From the NCBI GenBank assembly GCA_951406725.2, contig OX597815.1, positions 106,578,001 through 106,642,000 on the forward strand: a stretch of DNA of 64,000 nucleotides, written 5' to 3'. How positions within the stretch are numbered: the first letter of the stretch is position 1; every line of letters starts with the position of its first letter. Positions 28,150 to 42,889 of this stretch are shown here, one piece after another. The stretch comes from Octopus vulgaris (taxonomy: Eukaryota). The position numbers and the translations under genes were made by a program. The notes beneath the pieces were generated by a model. It made no database searches, was not told the origin of the DNA, and worked only from the letters and a program-made list of their open reading frames with translations.

Positions 28150-28828
28150 AAGCCACGTGGGAAAACATTTCCTTTGACCATTTGACCATCGAGACAATAA
28201 AAGTTATATAAAGAAAACTTAACATGTACAAAACACAACTTACTCAATTTCGAAATTTACAAAAGTAAATTGAAAAATGTGAAAAACGGTGACTTATTCT
28301 TTTCTTTTAATTGGACTTTATCACGTGTTACGACTTTATCATGTGTTTCTTGTATGTTGTTTTTAGCTTCAGTTAGATGTAAGGAATCGTGTTATGTTAT
28401 CACAAACATATCGGAAAACAACTTTCAAGAGGCGAGATGATAATGTAAAGCAAAATAGAAAAAAAACAAACAATGCATATAGAATCATGGTGGTGAATAT
28501 AATTGTGGTGAAGTTGGTTGTTGTTGGTAAGACCACCAAAACGGTATATGTCCAGAAAACATTGTATTAACTCGACAAGAGAATTTATTGGTATGTTTTT
28601 CTCTCATTTCTTTCTAAGTTTAGAAAAAGAACACCCAAAAATAGATAAATGAATATGTGATTTAAGACAAGTAAAGAAAAGAAAAGAAATCTAAATTATG
28701 TCTATCTGTATTTATTAATCATCATGGCATGCACACCCACACGTAGATATTGATAGGTGTATAGAATGATAAAGGGATTGATAGAAAGAGTGAAAGAGAG
28801 GAAGCTAGCAAAAGCGAGCGAACGAGCG

Positions 28829-28832
<4 letters not shown>

Positions 28833-28907
<75 letters not shown>
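28833..28907. repeat. (GA)n microsatellite
   Basis: Seen directly. Confidence 0.97.
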
Positions 28908-28911
<4 letters not shown>

Positions 28912-29977
28912 GAAAGAGAAAGAGGGAGAGAGAAAATTATATGTATGTGTGTAGGGTTGTATGCATTATTTATTATGAAGTACACGCAAAACGCCTGTAC
29001 ATGAAGAATTATGAGAAGGAAGAGGTAAAAGAAAATAGAGATAGGCTGAGAGGAAAAGTTATCACTAAAAGAACCAAATGTTTATCGGAGAGTAAAAGAC
29101 AGAATACATAAACTAGTTGTCATTGCCGGTAGATATCTCTCTGACTTGGAATTCTACAAAAGATGCCCACTGAACTTGTTAGATACAGGAGCCAAATCTT
29201 GTGAAATCATACATCATTATTTAAAAGAAAAATGGAAGAATATAAATCTTCATGTCTTTTTTCAAACATGGAATATCTAAGATTTCTCCTTTTCCAAGTG
29301 GATAGGTTTCACTGTTATTTCTAGCGAATCAGCTGTCCGCAGAAAGTTCCTTTCTGCAACTGTTGGTCACTTGACTGCTGGTTCTCAGAAAAAAACTGAT
29401 TATTTCTTATCTAAATGTTAAACAGCATTTAACAAATATACATTATAGTGTGTAAATATTTTTAGCAAACCTCAGTACCGTAGACACGTTTTTATATCTT
29501 CATTCCATGCAGAAATAAAGTTATGTGGATGATGTACTCAATGTTTGTTTTGCAAATATTCATTGACATATTCAGGAGATAAGCTGTTCAATAAATTCAT
29601 TATCAGAGTTTGAGCAGTCCAACTGCTTTAAAAAAGAAAACACAAAAAGTACCGATGGAATACATAAAAATAAAATAATTTCATACGTTTGTCCATGTTG
29701 TTAATGTCCTATGTTTTGACAGTTCATCACCATACCGTCGATGTTCATCGTTCACGTCATTAGCAACAGATGATTGTTTCTCTTTAAGAACCAGTTGCTG
29801 ATGTAAAAGGCATTTACACTGAATATGACTCATCTCTGTAAGCCCGCAATATAAATACTATTTTCTTATATATTTTCTAACTAATGTATGCTAGAATAAA
29901 CAAATTTCTTTTATACATACATACATGTATGCATACATACATACATACATACATACATACATACATACATACATACA

Positions 29978-30011
<34 letters not shown>

Positions 30012-30182
30012 CGTACATACACACATACATACACAATATATGTATATGCATATATATATACACATACACATATATGTATGTATATATACGTATAAGTATG
30101 CATATATATACGTATAAGTATGTATGTATGAATGTGTGCATATATATATATATATATATACGTATAAGTATGTATGTATGAA

Positions 30183-30216
<34 letters not shown>

Positions 30217-30269
30217 GGGCATTGATGAATAGGAGGCAAGATATGAGGTATGAAAACTGAACCCTGGGG

Positions 30270-30850
30270 GATATCAGACTTTAGGCCAATGCGTGCAGAA
30301 ATTGCGCAATTTGAGAGGAAACCACAGATCCAAGAGATGAGGAACGGATGGAGCTTAAAGGTAGGTGATTTTAATGGAAGATTGGGGTACCAGACATGAT
30401 CGAGAGTTTGCTAATTTCGATGGCAACTAGTTGGTTTAATCAAATTTCTAGAGAATGAGATTCATCTAGCAAGTGGCGCAGGAGACAACGTAGGTCTTCA
30501 GAATATCTAGTTTAACATAAACCGTACCGGTGATCATTAAGTGAGATATGGGTTAGAGGTGTTGGGAAAGTAGTTGTTAATAGCCTCCATCTCATTTGGG
30601 ATACATAAAATGAGTGCGATAAGACAGAAGGTTTTTCTTGATAAAGTAACACAGCATATGGCGTGTTTTATCGGTTGCGGTCTTGTTGGCTTGTTTGAAC
30701 TTGGTGTGTATGAATGTATGAAGGGAAGGGAACGGAAAATTTTGTGGGAGATATACGAAGTGAGTGTGGAAATGAGGTGGATGCAAAGCGGAAAGCGATG
30801 GCTGATTATTGAGCCATCATGCTTGAGAAGTAGAAAAGAATCAAACACTC
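30270..30850 (-). pseudogene. Possible very old PLE RT C-terminal/endonuclease remnant
   Basis: SLPF..HSYTPSS..PQPIKHAI weakly resembles the PLE motif LPFLD..SS.HP.H.K..I; heavily decayed. Confidence 0.3.
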
Positions 30851-31497
30851 ATTTTCACTCATGGCAGACTTTAAGAAAACAATACGATCACAGAAATACA
30901 ATCAAACTGCATACTAATAAGCACCATCATGTACACAATCAGACTCAATTAAATTTGCCCACGTGTGCTGCAGATGTAGTTCGGTTACGAACTTTGATAA
31001 ACATTCAGACAACAATTCTTTGATTTCATTTTTTATTTTGCCCGACTTCAATTACTTCAGATATTAGAAACAATATCAACAGTAATAAAAGGAATAACGA
31101 TATAAGGACGAATGTCGCAAGACTTCCCACGCGATATTGAAGACAACAATAATAGAAAAGAAGGAAGCAAAAGCGAATAGTGACAATAATGCGTAATGTC
31201 TCGAAAGCTAATTAAGCAACCTATAAATAGATTAGTAAAAAATGAAAAAGGAAAACAAATTAACATGCACTTTTCAATGATATCAATAAATCTTAGTATT
31301 CCTTTTAGCTTTCCATTTTCTGTCTTTAATTTTCCATCCTTTTGCCGTATCAGCGTACATAATGTAATTTCATTTGAACAGTGATCCACAAAAAATTTAC
31401 AACACTCGTTCTCAAATATTACATTCTGGACAACAGAATTATTGTACACAAGCCCACGTTTGAAGAGCCAGGAAAAGTGCACAACCTCAATGTTTAT

Positions 31498-31558
<61 letters not shown>

Positions 31559-31595
31559 TATATACATACGTATATGTACATACTTATATCTATAC

Positions 31596-31628
<33 letters not shown>

Positions 31629-31631
<3 letters not shown>

Positions 31632-32081
31632 CCTTAAATCCTTAAAAATGTTTTAGCCGAAGGCCGCGGCCATGCTGGGGCACCACCGCTGAATGAGCTA
31701 CACTAGTTTGTGAATCCACCTCTGATACGTGGCACTTGATCAACAAGGGAGTTCGATGCTGCTGCCCGCATCCGTGTCTCCTGTCGTGAGGTAGGTTCAT
31801 CTGGGACTCCCAACAAGAAGAGATCCAGTTTAGTTTTAAAGAAACCCACATCCACACCATGTAAGTCTCTCAGGCATTTAGGGAGGATGTTAAAGAGCTG
31901 TGGTCCTCTGAAACCCAAGCTGTTGCAGTATCTGGACCTGTATTTTGATGGTGATGTTGGAATCCTTGGCACCACGCAGCGGCGCCCGTTCTGCGGTTGG
32001 AGTAACTTTGAATGCCAAAGTTTGGGACAAGACCCTCCAGGATTTTCCAGATGTATATCACTGCATATCTCTCCGCCTCCG

Positions 32082-32083
<2 letters not shown>
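31629..32083 (-). mobile_element. 5'-truncated LINE 3' end (CR1/L2/Jockey group) inside a (TA)n tract
   Basis: [54 protein letters not shown]; 3' UTR ggtgccccagcatggccgc and (ttaaggat) tail; (TA)n on both sides. Confidence 0.88.
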
Positions 32084-32175
<92 letters not shown>

Positions 32176-32310
32176 TATGTGGGCACAGGACGTCACGAAA
32201 TGTGTACAACAAAAATACGAAGCACGAGTACATGGAACATGAACTATTCTTTCGAACATCATGTATATACATACATACATGCATACACACATTTATACAT
32301 ACATACATGC

Positions 32311-32344
<34 letters not shown>

Positions 32345-33811
32345 AGTGAGAGAGAGAAAGGGGGAGACAGAGAAAGGGAGATAGAGAGAGAGAGAAGTAG
32401 TAAGGTAGGCATAGTTAGGCTTGAGACGTATATTTACATGGAGCATAAAATACAAATTACAAAATAAAGAAAAACAAAACAAAACAGAAGGGAAGAATTA
32501 TATAAAGGCTTATCTCGATAGCTGTTTCAAGATTACCATAGCTTACGTAATAGGCATATTCATAAGTAATATGTGTATAATGTCATAGGTGTGCCTCAGC
32601 GACAAATCCCAATGGAGTTGTTAAAGTAAGTCAGGCGTCCCTTTTCAAAAGCAGAGTGACAAATGCATTTACCACTCTGCTCGTGATATGTATAATCACT
32701 GGGTGATGGCAGTATTAAATAAATTTTGTGTTTTCAAAGATTATTGTAAATGTGTGGTATCAAAAAAGTTGAAATTACTGCAGTTTGCTCTGTGAGTTCA
32801 GAATTTAGAAAACGTAAGCTCAATTAGTGAAGTGACTCGCTAGGAAAGAATAAGCATATGTGGCAAAATGAAGTTAAATGTTTAAGCAATGAACATAGGG
32901 AAATAACCAGGTCTGCAAACTTGAGAATAAGTTAGAGGCTAAGACAAGATGGTATACTTAAATGTAATATTGATCTCTAATATAGATTTAAATCCATACA
33001 TTTGAGGGCAGGGCATAGTCGCTTATAACGTCTCCCTCACCTGAATAGTACATATTTGAACCACGACCTCGGAACGCTGAAAAGCAAAGTTGACTTCGGC
33101 AGAATTTGAAGACAGAACATAAAAAGATGTAATTAAAGTGGAAAGCAATTCTTTTTTGTTAGCTGCTCTCACGATTTTGCCACCTCATCGCCATTATAAT
33201 GTTGGTTTCTAACAAAAGTGCAAGACCGTATATTTTAGAGATGGTTATTACTGATTCTGCACACCTCAGTTCTAGATTTATACTTATTGGCTTCAGAAGA
33301 ATGAAAAGCAAAGTCGACTTTAGGAGGTTTAGAACTAATAGTATTTCAGTGATTATTCGTCCACCATTTAGCTCAGCAGAGTTACACACCTATTAATATT
33401 CTCAGCATTAATTCTTGTCCTAATATTTTATTGTTAGACACGAGAAAAGTACTGATCATTAAATTGTAAATCGATAGAAACATGGTTCAAATCACATAAG
33501 GGGTTTATTGTACGGTTTGGGATTTATATTTTTTGATTGGTATTTAATATGGTGTGTACATATATATTTGTATTCCATATTTTCTTTATGTGATATATCT
33601 GATATCCAGTAATTCCGCTTGTTTAATTCACATCATTTCATAGCACAGACAATCGGATGAGTCGTCGAACATTTCAGTGGTTAAATAACTCACTCAGATT
33701 TACTACAGTTGTATTACATTCATTCATCTCCCCTTCTCTCACTGTTTTCCTTCCTCTGTATACTCATCTATGCGTATATGTCTGTCTGTGTATATGTATG
33801 TACGTACATAC

Positions 33812-33936
<125 letters not shown>

Positions 33937-34265
33937 ATGTCATTTTCAGTTTTATTTCAAGATTTCTTGCCAATAGAGAAACACCCAGTTTCTAACCTAG
34001 AACCAAGGCTCCTTCCTTGGAATTCAACATCAACGACAAGGTATTCTTGTACGTACGTATGTATGTATATATACGTGCAGATTTGTATGTTTTGTTTTAT
34101 GTATGTCTTCTTATGCATATACTTGCATATCTAAACATGCTCATTATGTACTTAAATGATAAGCTTCTGGTAAGTTTTACAGATTTTTACAGTTTCAGTG
34201 ATGGATTGGATCTATAGTCTTTGAATCAACTTTCTCCTTTCTGCTTTTGAGAAACCTAATTTCTC

Positions 34266-34267
<2 letters not shown>

Positions 34268-34296
<29 letters not shown>

Positions 34297-34520
34297 TGTA
34301 TGTATGTATGTATGTATGTATGTATGTATGTATGTATGTATGTATGTATGTATGTATGTATGTATGCATGCATGTATGTATGTATGTATGTATGTATGAA
34401 TGTATGTATGTATGTATGTATGTATGTATGTATGTATGCATGCATGCATGTATGAATGTATGTATGCATGTATGTATGTATGTATGTATGTATGTATGTA
34501 TGTATGTATGTATTATGTAT
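34268..34520. repeat. (TATG)n microsatellite
   Basis: Seen directly; source of the MYVC/HTYI ORFs. Confidence 0.97.
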
Positions 34521-34944
34521 GTATATATGTGCGTGTGTGTGTGTGCTTGTGTACATGCGTGTATATGTGTAGAAGAAGTGAAGCTAATAGATCGATAAAT
34601 ATACATAAATGTATAAATCTCTACATAAGATGGAGGAATAGATATAGCGATATGGAAAAGATTCGTAAGGGATTGGCGAATATAATGATAAAAAGAATAG
34701 ATAAAAGAACTAAAAGATCAGTGTTTGAAGAATGAGAAAATGTGATAGCATTTTGAATAAATGATACCAATACACATAAAAAGACAGAAAAACAGAATAA
34801 TTACGGGAAGAAACGGGAGGAGAAAGAGCAAAATAATTTTAAATAGTTCAGGAAAAGTAGAATGGTAAACAAGAAGAGAAAGTGGAAGAAAGAAAGAGAA
34901 AGAAAAGAAGAGGTAAATAACAAAGAAAGGGAGAGAGAGAAGGC

Positions 34945-34992
<48 letters not shown>

Positions 34993-35074
34993 GGAGAGAG
35001 AGAGACAGGCAAGCTGACATCAGCAATACTGTTATTGAACTTCGTTTTTCGTCGTAATATTTATTGACTCCAAA

Positions 35075-35245
35075 GGCGGTGAGCCGGCAGAATCGTTAGC
35101 AGGCCGCGCAAACTGCTTAGCGGCATTCCGTCTATCTTCCATCCTTTCGAGGTCGATAGAATAAGTACCAGTTGAGTACTGAGGTCGATGTAATCGACTT
35201 TTACCCGTCCCCGAAATTGGTGGACTTGTGCCAAAATTTGAAACC
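35075..35245 (+). mobile_element. SINE family A, internally deleted, with target-site duplication
   Basis: aatatttattgactccaa (35056-35073) / aatatttataaactccaa (35246-35263). Confidence 0.85.
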
Positions 35246-35958
35246 AATATTTATAAACTCCAACACAGGTTGATGTGAAATTATTTTATTTATAATTAAG
35301 GGAAAAAATAACTAATAATCTCAGTTATAACATAATCTTTAGTAATGCCTATAAGAAAGCTTTTATCATAATTGACTTTTTATTATCTTTTATTTTCCTT
35401 AAACATATAGGATGAAACCCAAATGCAAAGTGTTATTGATATAATGAAAATTATGGCGCCGTCGGTCTTCTGAAAAGTTTTCTTTTAACACAGATGTCCA
35501 TATGAGGTACGTCTGCGTCTGACATTCATCGACGATTTGGCTAGAAGCAAATACATGTTGTGAATGATTTTGAGAGATTGATAACGCCGTATGTTACAAG
35601 CGATTTATATACTTAGCAAGGCATACATGTATGGAGAGTGTATTGTGTAAGCATGCAATGCATGCAAATATACATGTGTATGTATATATTGATATGTCTG
35701 TATGTATGTGTACATGCGTTTTTGTATGTCAGGGTGTATTGAATTATCCACACACAGAGTGAAACATCGAAGCCACTGTCAAAATTATTATAAACACACA
35801 CACACACACACACACAACATATATATTTATATACACACGCATAATATATATATATATATACCGGAGTAAACACATTCTAGCAAAAACTGTCCCACGAACG
35901 GGAACGTGAAATTCAGAGTAACAGGTTTTGTTGAATTTTCTGCTGCTTTTAAATAAAG

Positions 35959-35990
<32 letters not shown>

Positions 35991-36069
35991 CATACACATA
36001 CGTACATATACATACACATACGTGTGTGCGCGCGCACACACACACACACATACACACATGTAGGACTTG

Positions 36070-36320
36070 AGCACCCCGCGAGACTTGGGTTACTATAAAA
36101 AAAGAACAACGACTGGATACGACATAGAGTGCTATGGAAAGATCCATGTAAGAAATATCGTTACAAGAGCATATCCGAAGAGGCTATACGAGAATGGCGT
36201 GAAAAGAACGATGTCGTAGCAGAATATCAAAAACAAAAGTCTTCCCGAGCAGGTCATTTAGCAAAGTTTACAAACGACAGATGGGACCACGAAGTTGTCG
36301 TATGATGTGACCTAGGAAAG
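36070..36320 (+). pseudogene. RTE-clade LINE C-terminal fragment
   Basis: ETWVTIKKEQRLDTT*SAMERSM*EISLQEHI..DVVAEYQKQK..AGHLAKFTNDRW fits the RTE pattern ETW..TQRAMERSM.GISL..WAGH..DNRW. Confidence 0.75.
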
Positions 36321-36674
36321 AATAGAAGTGTATTGTGACCAGCAATGTATAAGGACATGGTGGTTTGGTCGACAGGATCATATGTCCTGTTTTTGTTACC
36401 AACTTTGACCCTCCGCAAATCCCAAACTTTATTTTGGTTCGCGGGAGCAAAGTCTTATATTGTCGTTCAATGCTCGAAATAAGGAGTAGAAGGACAGTCG
36501 ACAACTGATGAAGGGTAGTTTTTTATGTTACTTGTCTTGTTTTCCATTTGTTTCTCTTGTTCTTTGCGTACCCAACTTTATTTTCGTATTTCATGTTGTT
36601 TACATTTTGTGACGTCCTGTATATAGGTATGCATACCTATATACATATATATGTATGTATATATTCATACATAT

Positions 36675-37902
36675 ATATATATAAACAGCAGTCTGTTTGG
36701 TTGTCTGTTTGTATCAAATTACCGTCTACACCTGGTAACAAATCTTCATGAAACTTTATATACATGTTAAACCAACATCCAGTTTGTTACTAGGCTCATT
36801 GCAGTTTAATGAAAATCTATAATTGGACGGCAAAGGCCCTAGAAGGGGTCCAGATATAACTCGTTTATTTTCCTTTAACAGCCAAGGGGAAATATCCCAT
36901 TAATTTTTCTTTATTTTTCTCTTTTGCCCACTGGTCATTTCTCCTTCCATTTATTAGAGTAGCATTATCATTAGAGTAATCGGTTACCAGTGGTTATGTT
37001 GTATAAGTACGTGTGCATTCTACATTACGTGGACTTCCTTACAAGTTGTCAGACAAGGTTAGTGATACGATCAATCTAACCCCTGTCCTAAGTCAATATA
37101 TAAATTTAATGCCATTTCATAGACCTACCTAAGATCTTTCATTTAAAACAAATTTCTATAAAATCTCGCCATGAGTTATGGAGATATCAATGCCATAACT
37201 TATTTGCAAATTTTACCATTAACGTAGTGTTTCCATGGCAACTGTACAAATGTTTTTCAAAATATTACATTTTATTTGGTAAAAATCAAGTTGAGTATAT
37301 TTATTTTTTAGTATTTGAACCATAAGGGTTATTTTCGCATTTTACCCAGAACAACCCTTAAACAAGTAAATAGTATTTTCCTCAACAATAGATCCATTTA
37401 TTTCGGTTAGTGACTTATTCACTAATATACCATGAATGACGATGCCTTTTATGTCACTTCAGCCAATTGACAAGCGCTGCATGAAGAACTTTTCAGAGTT
37501 ACTTACTTTGAATTGTTATTATCTCATATCCGATTTGCCTATTATTACGTAACATGCTTCACGATTTGGTATAAACACCTTATTGGTATTTTCTCCTAAG
37601 TTCTATATACTCTGGAAACGCATTAAAGCCCTTTTCCGGGCTATTTTATTTTGATACTATCAGTTAACTAATTTGCATGTTACTACGTAGCTGACTTGAT
37701 GATTTTGGTATTCATAACTTATTGGGATTTCTTAAAAACATGATCCTATGTAAGACGATCGGTATTCTCTGTAAATGCACAAATACCATTTTAAGGGCTA
37801 CATACGTTGTATTCGTGCCTTTGGATTAGCGAAACAATTATGAGAACGAGGCCAGGGGATAAGCCCTGCTTTTCCGGGAATTACCGGGTACGGCAGCTAA
37901 TA
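36675..37902 (-). mobile_element. Non-autonomous Helitron/Helentron-like element
   Basis: Minus 5' end tattagctgccgtacccggtaattcccgg (TAyTAG + subterminal hairpin); far end aaagtttcatgaagatttg..acaaacagacaaccaaacagac; same layout as 53817-55798. Confidence 0.55.
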
Positions 37903-38073
37903 TATATATATATATATAGATAGATAGATAGATATAGTGCATCTGTACAGGCAATGTCGAGTTGGTGGAGAGAGTGAGCAGTATAAACATTTGATCACTA
38001 TAAACAAATCCTGTGTGCAGGTTGTTCAGCAAGAAAAAGCAAAACCGCCTTTCTCCGATTTGAGAAACTACTA

Positions 38074-38158
38074 TTAATTTACATTATTTACATTATTTAC
38101 AATTGACGGATATTTGTCCTCATCTTGTTTGTTGTTAAGAACAAACAAGATGAGGACA
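38074..38158 (-). mobile_element. PLE pseudo-LTR 3' end with fold-back hairpin
   Basis: Homologous to ~41183-41236; 19-bp perfect arms at 38115-38133 and 38140-38158. Confidence 0.75.
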
Positions 38159-39619
38159 CACACACACACACACACGCACACACAAATGCAACACACTGAC
38201 ACAGAGAATATATGTATATATACTATATATATATATATGTGACAGTAACCTGCATTAAAATATTGTTCCGGAAAGTCTATCATGTAATATCTTATCCAAG
38301 AAAGGTTATTCGTTTATTCAAGCACTATAATTACTTGTCGAAAGCGGCACTACTTCCTCAATTGTTTTTTTTTTTATGATTACTTCTCTCAAATATTAAA
38401 GCTGCGTACCACCTCTGCTCAAGACAGTTTGAAACAATTGTTTGTCTTTTCACTATTCCTACAATGACCATCACATCTCAGTACCCTGCACTAAACACTT
38501 TACTCAATTCTTTCTGTTGAGAAGCCTCAATCTATCCATATTTTCCCTGTAACGTCAGTTTAAAGACTTCGACTATATCGACCTCACCGATCTAGGACAG
38601 TCTGCAAAGATCATGAGCGCAGCTTCTATTCTCTGACTTAACAACAAACAATGTATCAATAAATCGAAGATATATTTGTTATTTAAAAAAAAAAACTGCT
38701 GAAATGAATACAAAGCACGTTACTACATGTTTTTAATCAATCTCGTTGATCACTAAAATTACCTAGGATATTATATCAGTATATGTGTATCATCGAAGTG
38801 TGGACGTAGAAGAGTGAATGTGCTTATGTAGATATTCAACTCAGCAGCCACATGTCCGGACCCGCATATGAACTCTCATTGAATTATTTAAGGTAGATTA
38901 CAACCAAATTTCAATAACAACAGCCTGTAAGTGAAGTTCTGCGGGCAGAGTGAATAATGACACATGTAAGCGTTTGGAAATAAAACTTGTTACGATTCAT
39001 TCAGCCCCATGGTGTTAATATTACAATCAAACAAACAAAAGTCATGCATCATTTAGATTTCATAAAGGTAACCCGGCTGCTGTTGGCGACAGAAAATATT
39101 TATTGCTGGGTAATTTTAAACAATAGTCTTCTATTCCATATATTCATTCTCATTATAAAATGCTTCAAATGTAGAGACTCGACTCGAACCAATGAGGAAG
39201 TTAAAGTGGTCGCTTCACTTGCTAGGAATAGCAGCCAAGTCTCCTTTAAATAACAAACTTTCATTTTAAAAAAAGGAAAAAAAACCCCCACAGATAATAT
39301 AGTTATGTACGCCCTTAAAATTAAACAATAGTCACAGCTATTATATTCTAATCATAGTGACAGTTTAATTTATAAAGGTTGATTAAAGTGTGTGTATAAG
39401 TATTCCTTTTTGCTATAATCTAAATTCAAGACCAAAAGCAGGACTAACAAAAACTAAAAACACAATAAATAAAAGTGACTCAAACGCTGAGAGTTTCGTT
39501 CACGATACCTACCAAAGTAAGTTTGTTTGCTATGCATGAAACACTTTGTCTTTGAGTTACTTTCGTAACTTTCATACTAATGCTGTGCCGATATAAAGTA
39601 AGATAACAATAATAATAGT

Positions 39620-39651
<32 letters not shown>

Positions 39652-39671
39652 TAAAAAAAAAAAAATAATAC

Positions 39672-40428
39672 ATGAAGAGAAGTAAGGGTGGACGTGGGCT
39701 GATTAGCGTACGGGAGTGCATCAACAGTGAAAAAAGAAACCTAGCAGAATATTTGGTAAATAGCAAAGAATACCTGCTACAGTATGTTGCTAGTGCAGAA
39801 GGAGTTAACAAAAATGGACTTGAGAGTGCTCATGAATTCCGAACAAGAACAGCCAATGAGAGAGAAGGAACCCTACTCCGTATGGAATTACATGGTCAAT
39901 TCCACCGTGAAGCCAACACATTAAAAGACCAGGGAGCATCATGGAGGTGACTCCAGAAGGGCAACCTAAAAAAGAATACTGAAAGCCTGATAATTGCGGC
40001 CCATGGTCAGGGAAAAAGAATATATACGACACAAGTGCATCCGACCTCTGCAGAATTTATGGGAACGAAAAGGGGACGGTAAAATCCTCTAGGACTTTGA
40101 TTTCCAGACAGAGAAAGTGTTAGAGCACCGAAGGCTGGATATAGAAACCTTTACGAGGGACAAACGAGAGTGCCTAATAATCGACGTAGCAGTGCCAGGA
40201 GATCAACATATCATAATGAAAGAAAGAGAAAAGGTTGATAAATATGGAGACCCGAGAATTGAGAGAGCTAAGATGTGGCAGCTACGAGAGTCGAACATAA
40301 AGGTTATCTCTATTGTCATCGGAGCATTGGGTTCAATACCACCCAATCTGAAAAAAACATCTGGAAACCTTAGAGATACCCTACCATCTAGAAGTATTGC
40401 AAACGTCAGCATTATTTGGAAGTGCACA
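39672..40428 (+). mobile_element. R4/Dong-like LINE fragment
   Basis: [55 protein letters not shown]. Confidence 0.88.
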
Positions 40429-40444
40429 CACATATATATGTATG

Positions 40445-40553
<109 letters not shown>

Positions 40554-40929
40554 TAGAGTAAAAAGACCAAGGCAGAACGAGCATCTCGTGAATTTGAAGT
40601 CTTACAACTGTTTCTGGGTATTCCGTCATCTTAGACAAGTTACGAATATTTTAGAGTGGGAAAATTTATAGTTTACAAAGAATAAAATTCACAGTTTATA
40701 AGGAATAAAATAGAAGAATAAAGTAGTAAAATAGAAGAGTAAAGAGTAAAAGTAGTTAAAAGAATATAGACAGGAAAATAATATTCATAACTCATCTTTT
40801 TCCAGAGGATATGGAGGTTGGTCGGTACTTCCATGAAGGTACAAGTTTTTTTTATTTAAAATCCCAGATAAATCCAGGCAATATTTTGGTGGTGTTCTGA
40901 ATGATGTATTCATATTGTAAATATGTATA

Positions 40930-41011
40930 TATAGCGAGGAAATATGATGTGTATATGTAGCGAGAAAGTATGATAAATGGGTTTTGCGTGTGGGTGTATG
41001 AGAGAGAGAGA

Positions 41012-41052
<41 letters not shown>

Positions 41053-41238
41053 AAGAGTGAAGGAGACATAGGATATAGGATTAGAAAACGACCGAAAAAT
41101 ACCTTAGAAATAAGAATCCAGGTTCGAAATTTCCCCAAGACACCCGATGAAGGCTGGAGGGTATATCAGCTGAAACGTTGTGTTAACAACAAACAAGTTG
41201 AGGACAATTATCGTCAAATGTAAATAATGTAAATAAAG
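40930..41238 (+). mobile_element. PLE pseudo-LTR with hammerhead-like motif (41139-41184)
   Basis: gacac-CCGAUGA-A-GGCUG gaggguauau CAGCU-GAAA-CG-UU-guguu; ends in tgtaaataa repeats. Confidence 0.72.
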
Positions 41239-41239
41239 C

Positions 41240-41888
41240 ATTAATGGATATTGACTTTTAAATAGTACTTGTTTTATTTCCTGGAATCTTTTATTACGAG
41301 TTTCAGGGTTTGAGACAATTGTGCAGATTCTTCTCGCGAGATTAAAGGGGACATTATTCTTCGTATGTTTGGGATTGCACGAGGAGAACGGTAAGTATTG
41401 TTTAGAATCTGTTTGTTTGTAGTGAATATTTGTTTCAATAATTTTATCTCTTTTGATGATTAGTATATATAGGAATGGTAGTTGAGTTTTATTGTATTCC
41501 ATGGTAAAGATAATATTATTGTTTATTCTATTGATTAGATTTTTGAAATCTATATGTTGTTCAAATGTGTACGTCCATAGAATTAGGCAACCATCTCAGT
41601 AACTTTTCTAGTTTTCTTGTAGATATTTGTGGAAGTTCAAACCGTATACTAATTTAGATTGTTCATAGATTTGAACCTCCATGTATGCCATGATTAGATT
41701 AGCGTAAGTCGGAACAACTTTCGTCACCATTGCAGTCCCAGATATTTGTTTGTAAATATTGCCATCGAAGTCAAATAAGTTGTTTTCGAGGATAAATTTT
41801 AATCCTTCAGTGATGAAATTCTTTTCAATTCTGTCCGGAATTTCATGAAGGAATTTATCAAGCTAAAAATTTATTGCCTCTAGTCCGC
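41240..41888 (-). pseudogene. Penelope-like reverse transcriptase fragment
   Basis: ILENNLFDFDGNIYKQISGTAMVTKVVPTYANLIMAYME ... QLPFLYILI..HYKQTDSKQYLPFSSCNPKHTKNNVPFNLARRICTIVS. Confidence 0.92.
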
Positions 41889-42189
41889 CAAACACTGTCA
41901 CCTGATACTAACACACGGACGTAGCAGGGAGCCTACAAACATTTTCAAGACCAGTCATGTGACTATCCTCTACCAATTAAATCCTATTAAAAGCATATAC
42001 TATTTTGAGCCATGAACTCCCTATAAAAATTGGGCAAGCTTCAAACACTAGTCAGAAACAAGACAGTTGCGACGTCTTTCTATTTGAACTTTTTGAAAAT
42101 CATTGTAAACTGTGAAACTGGTTAAAACTTTATATTAATAAAAATATTTTAACTAATCTCAGTGCATTTTCAACTCCTATTTTTCCTAC

Positions 42190-42323
<134 letters not shown>

Positions 42324-42584
42324 ATACGTACATAGGCATGATAATAATAGTCGTCTCTCAAGGCTGAGAAAGCTGGTTCCATAATTATTTGTAGAACAAC
42401 CTGCAGAGATAATTTCTTTATAGTGATCAAATCTTTGTGCTGAAGATAAATTCACTCCTTTCATCTGTCACACGTCAGATGTCGAAGTGATCGCAGAGCA
42501 ACGTGAGATGAAGTGATCTTGTGATCGTGAATGCAACACTTTAACCATTGGGCCACTCACCCATACAAGTATACTCACACGCAG

Positions 42585-42630
<46 letters not shown>

Positions 42631-42827
42631 TCAAGTATTGAGTTGTATTTTCTCATTTATATAATACAGATACATACGTACGTACGTACGTACGTACATA
42701 CAAACACACACACACACATATATATATGTATATATGTATGCATGTATGTACGTATTATATATATATATATTTATTTTTAATTTTTAAAATTTTTATCTAG
42801 TTTCAGCTGTGGCCATGCTGGGGCACC

Positions 42828-42883
<56 letters not shown>

Positions 42884-42889
42884 TGTATA

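Noticed and set aside
36503-36515. CUGAUGAAGGG motif
   Set aside because: No stem II or GAAA downstream.
40599-40636. Minus-strand hammerhead-like fold gucu-AAGAUGA..GAAA-CAGUUG-UA-agac
   Set aside because: A3-G8 mismatch and broken stems II and III; possibly a decayed copy but not counted.
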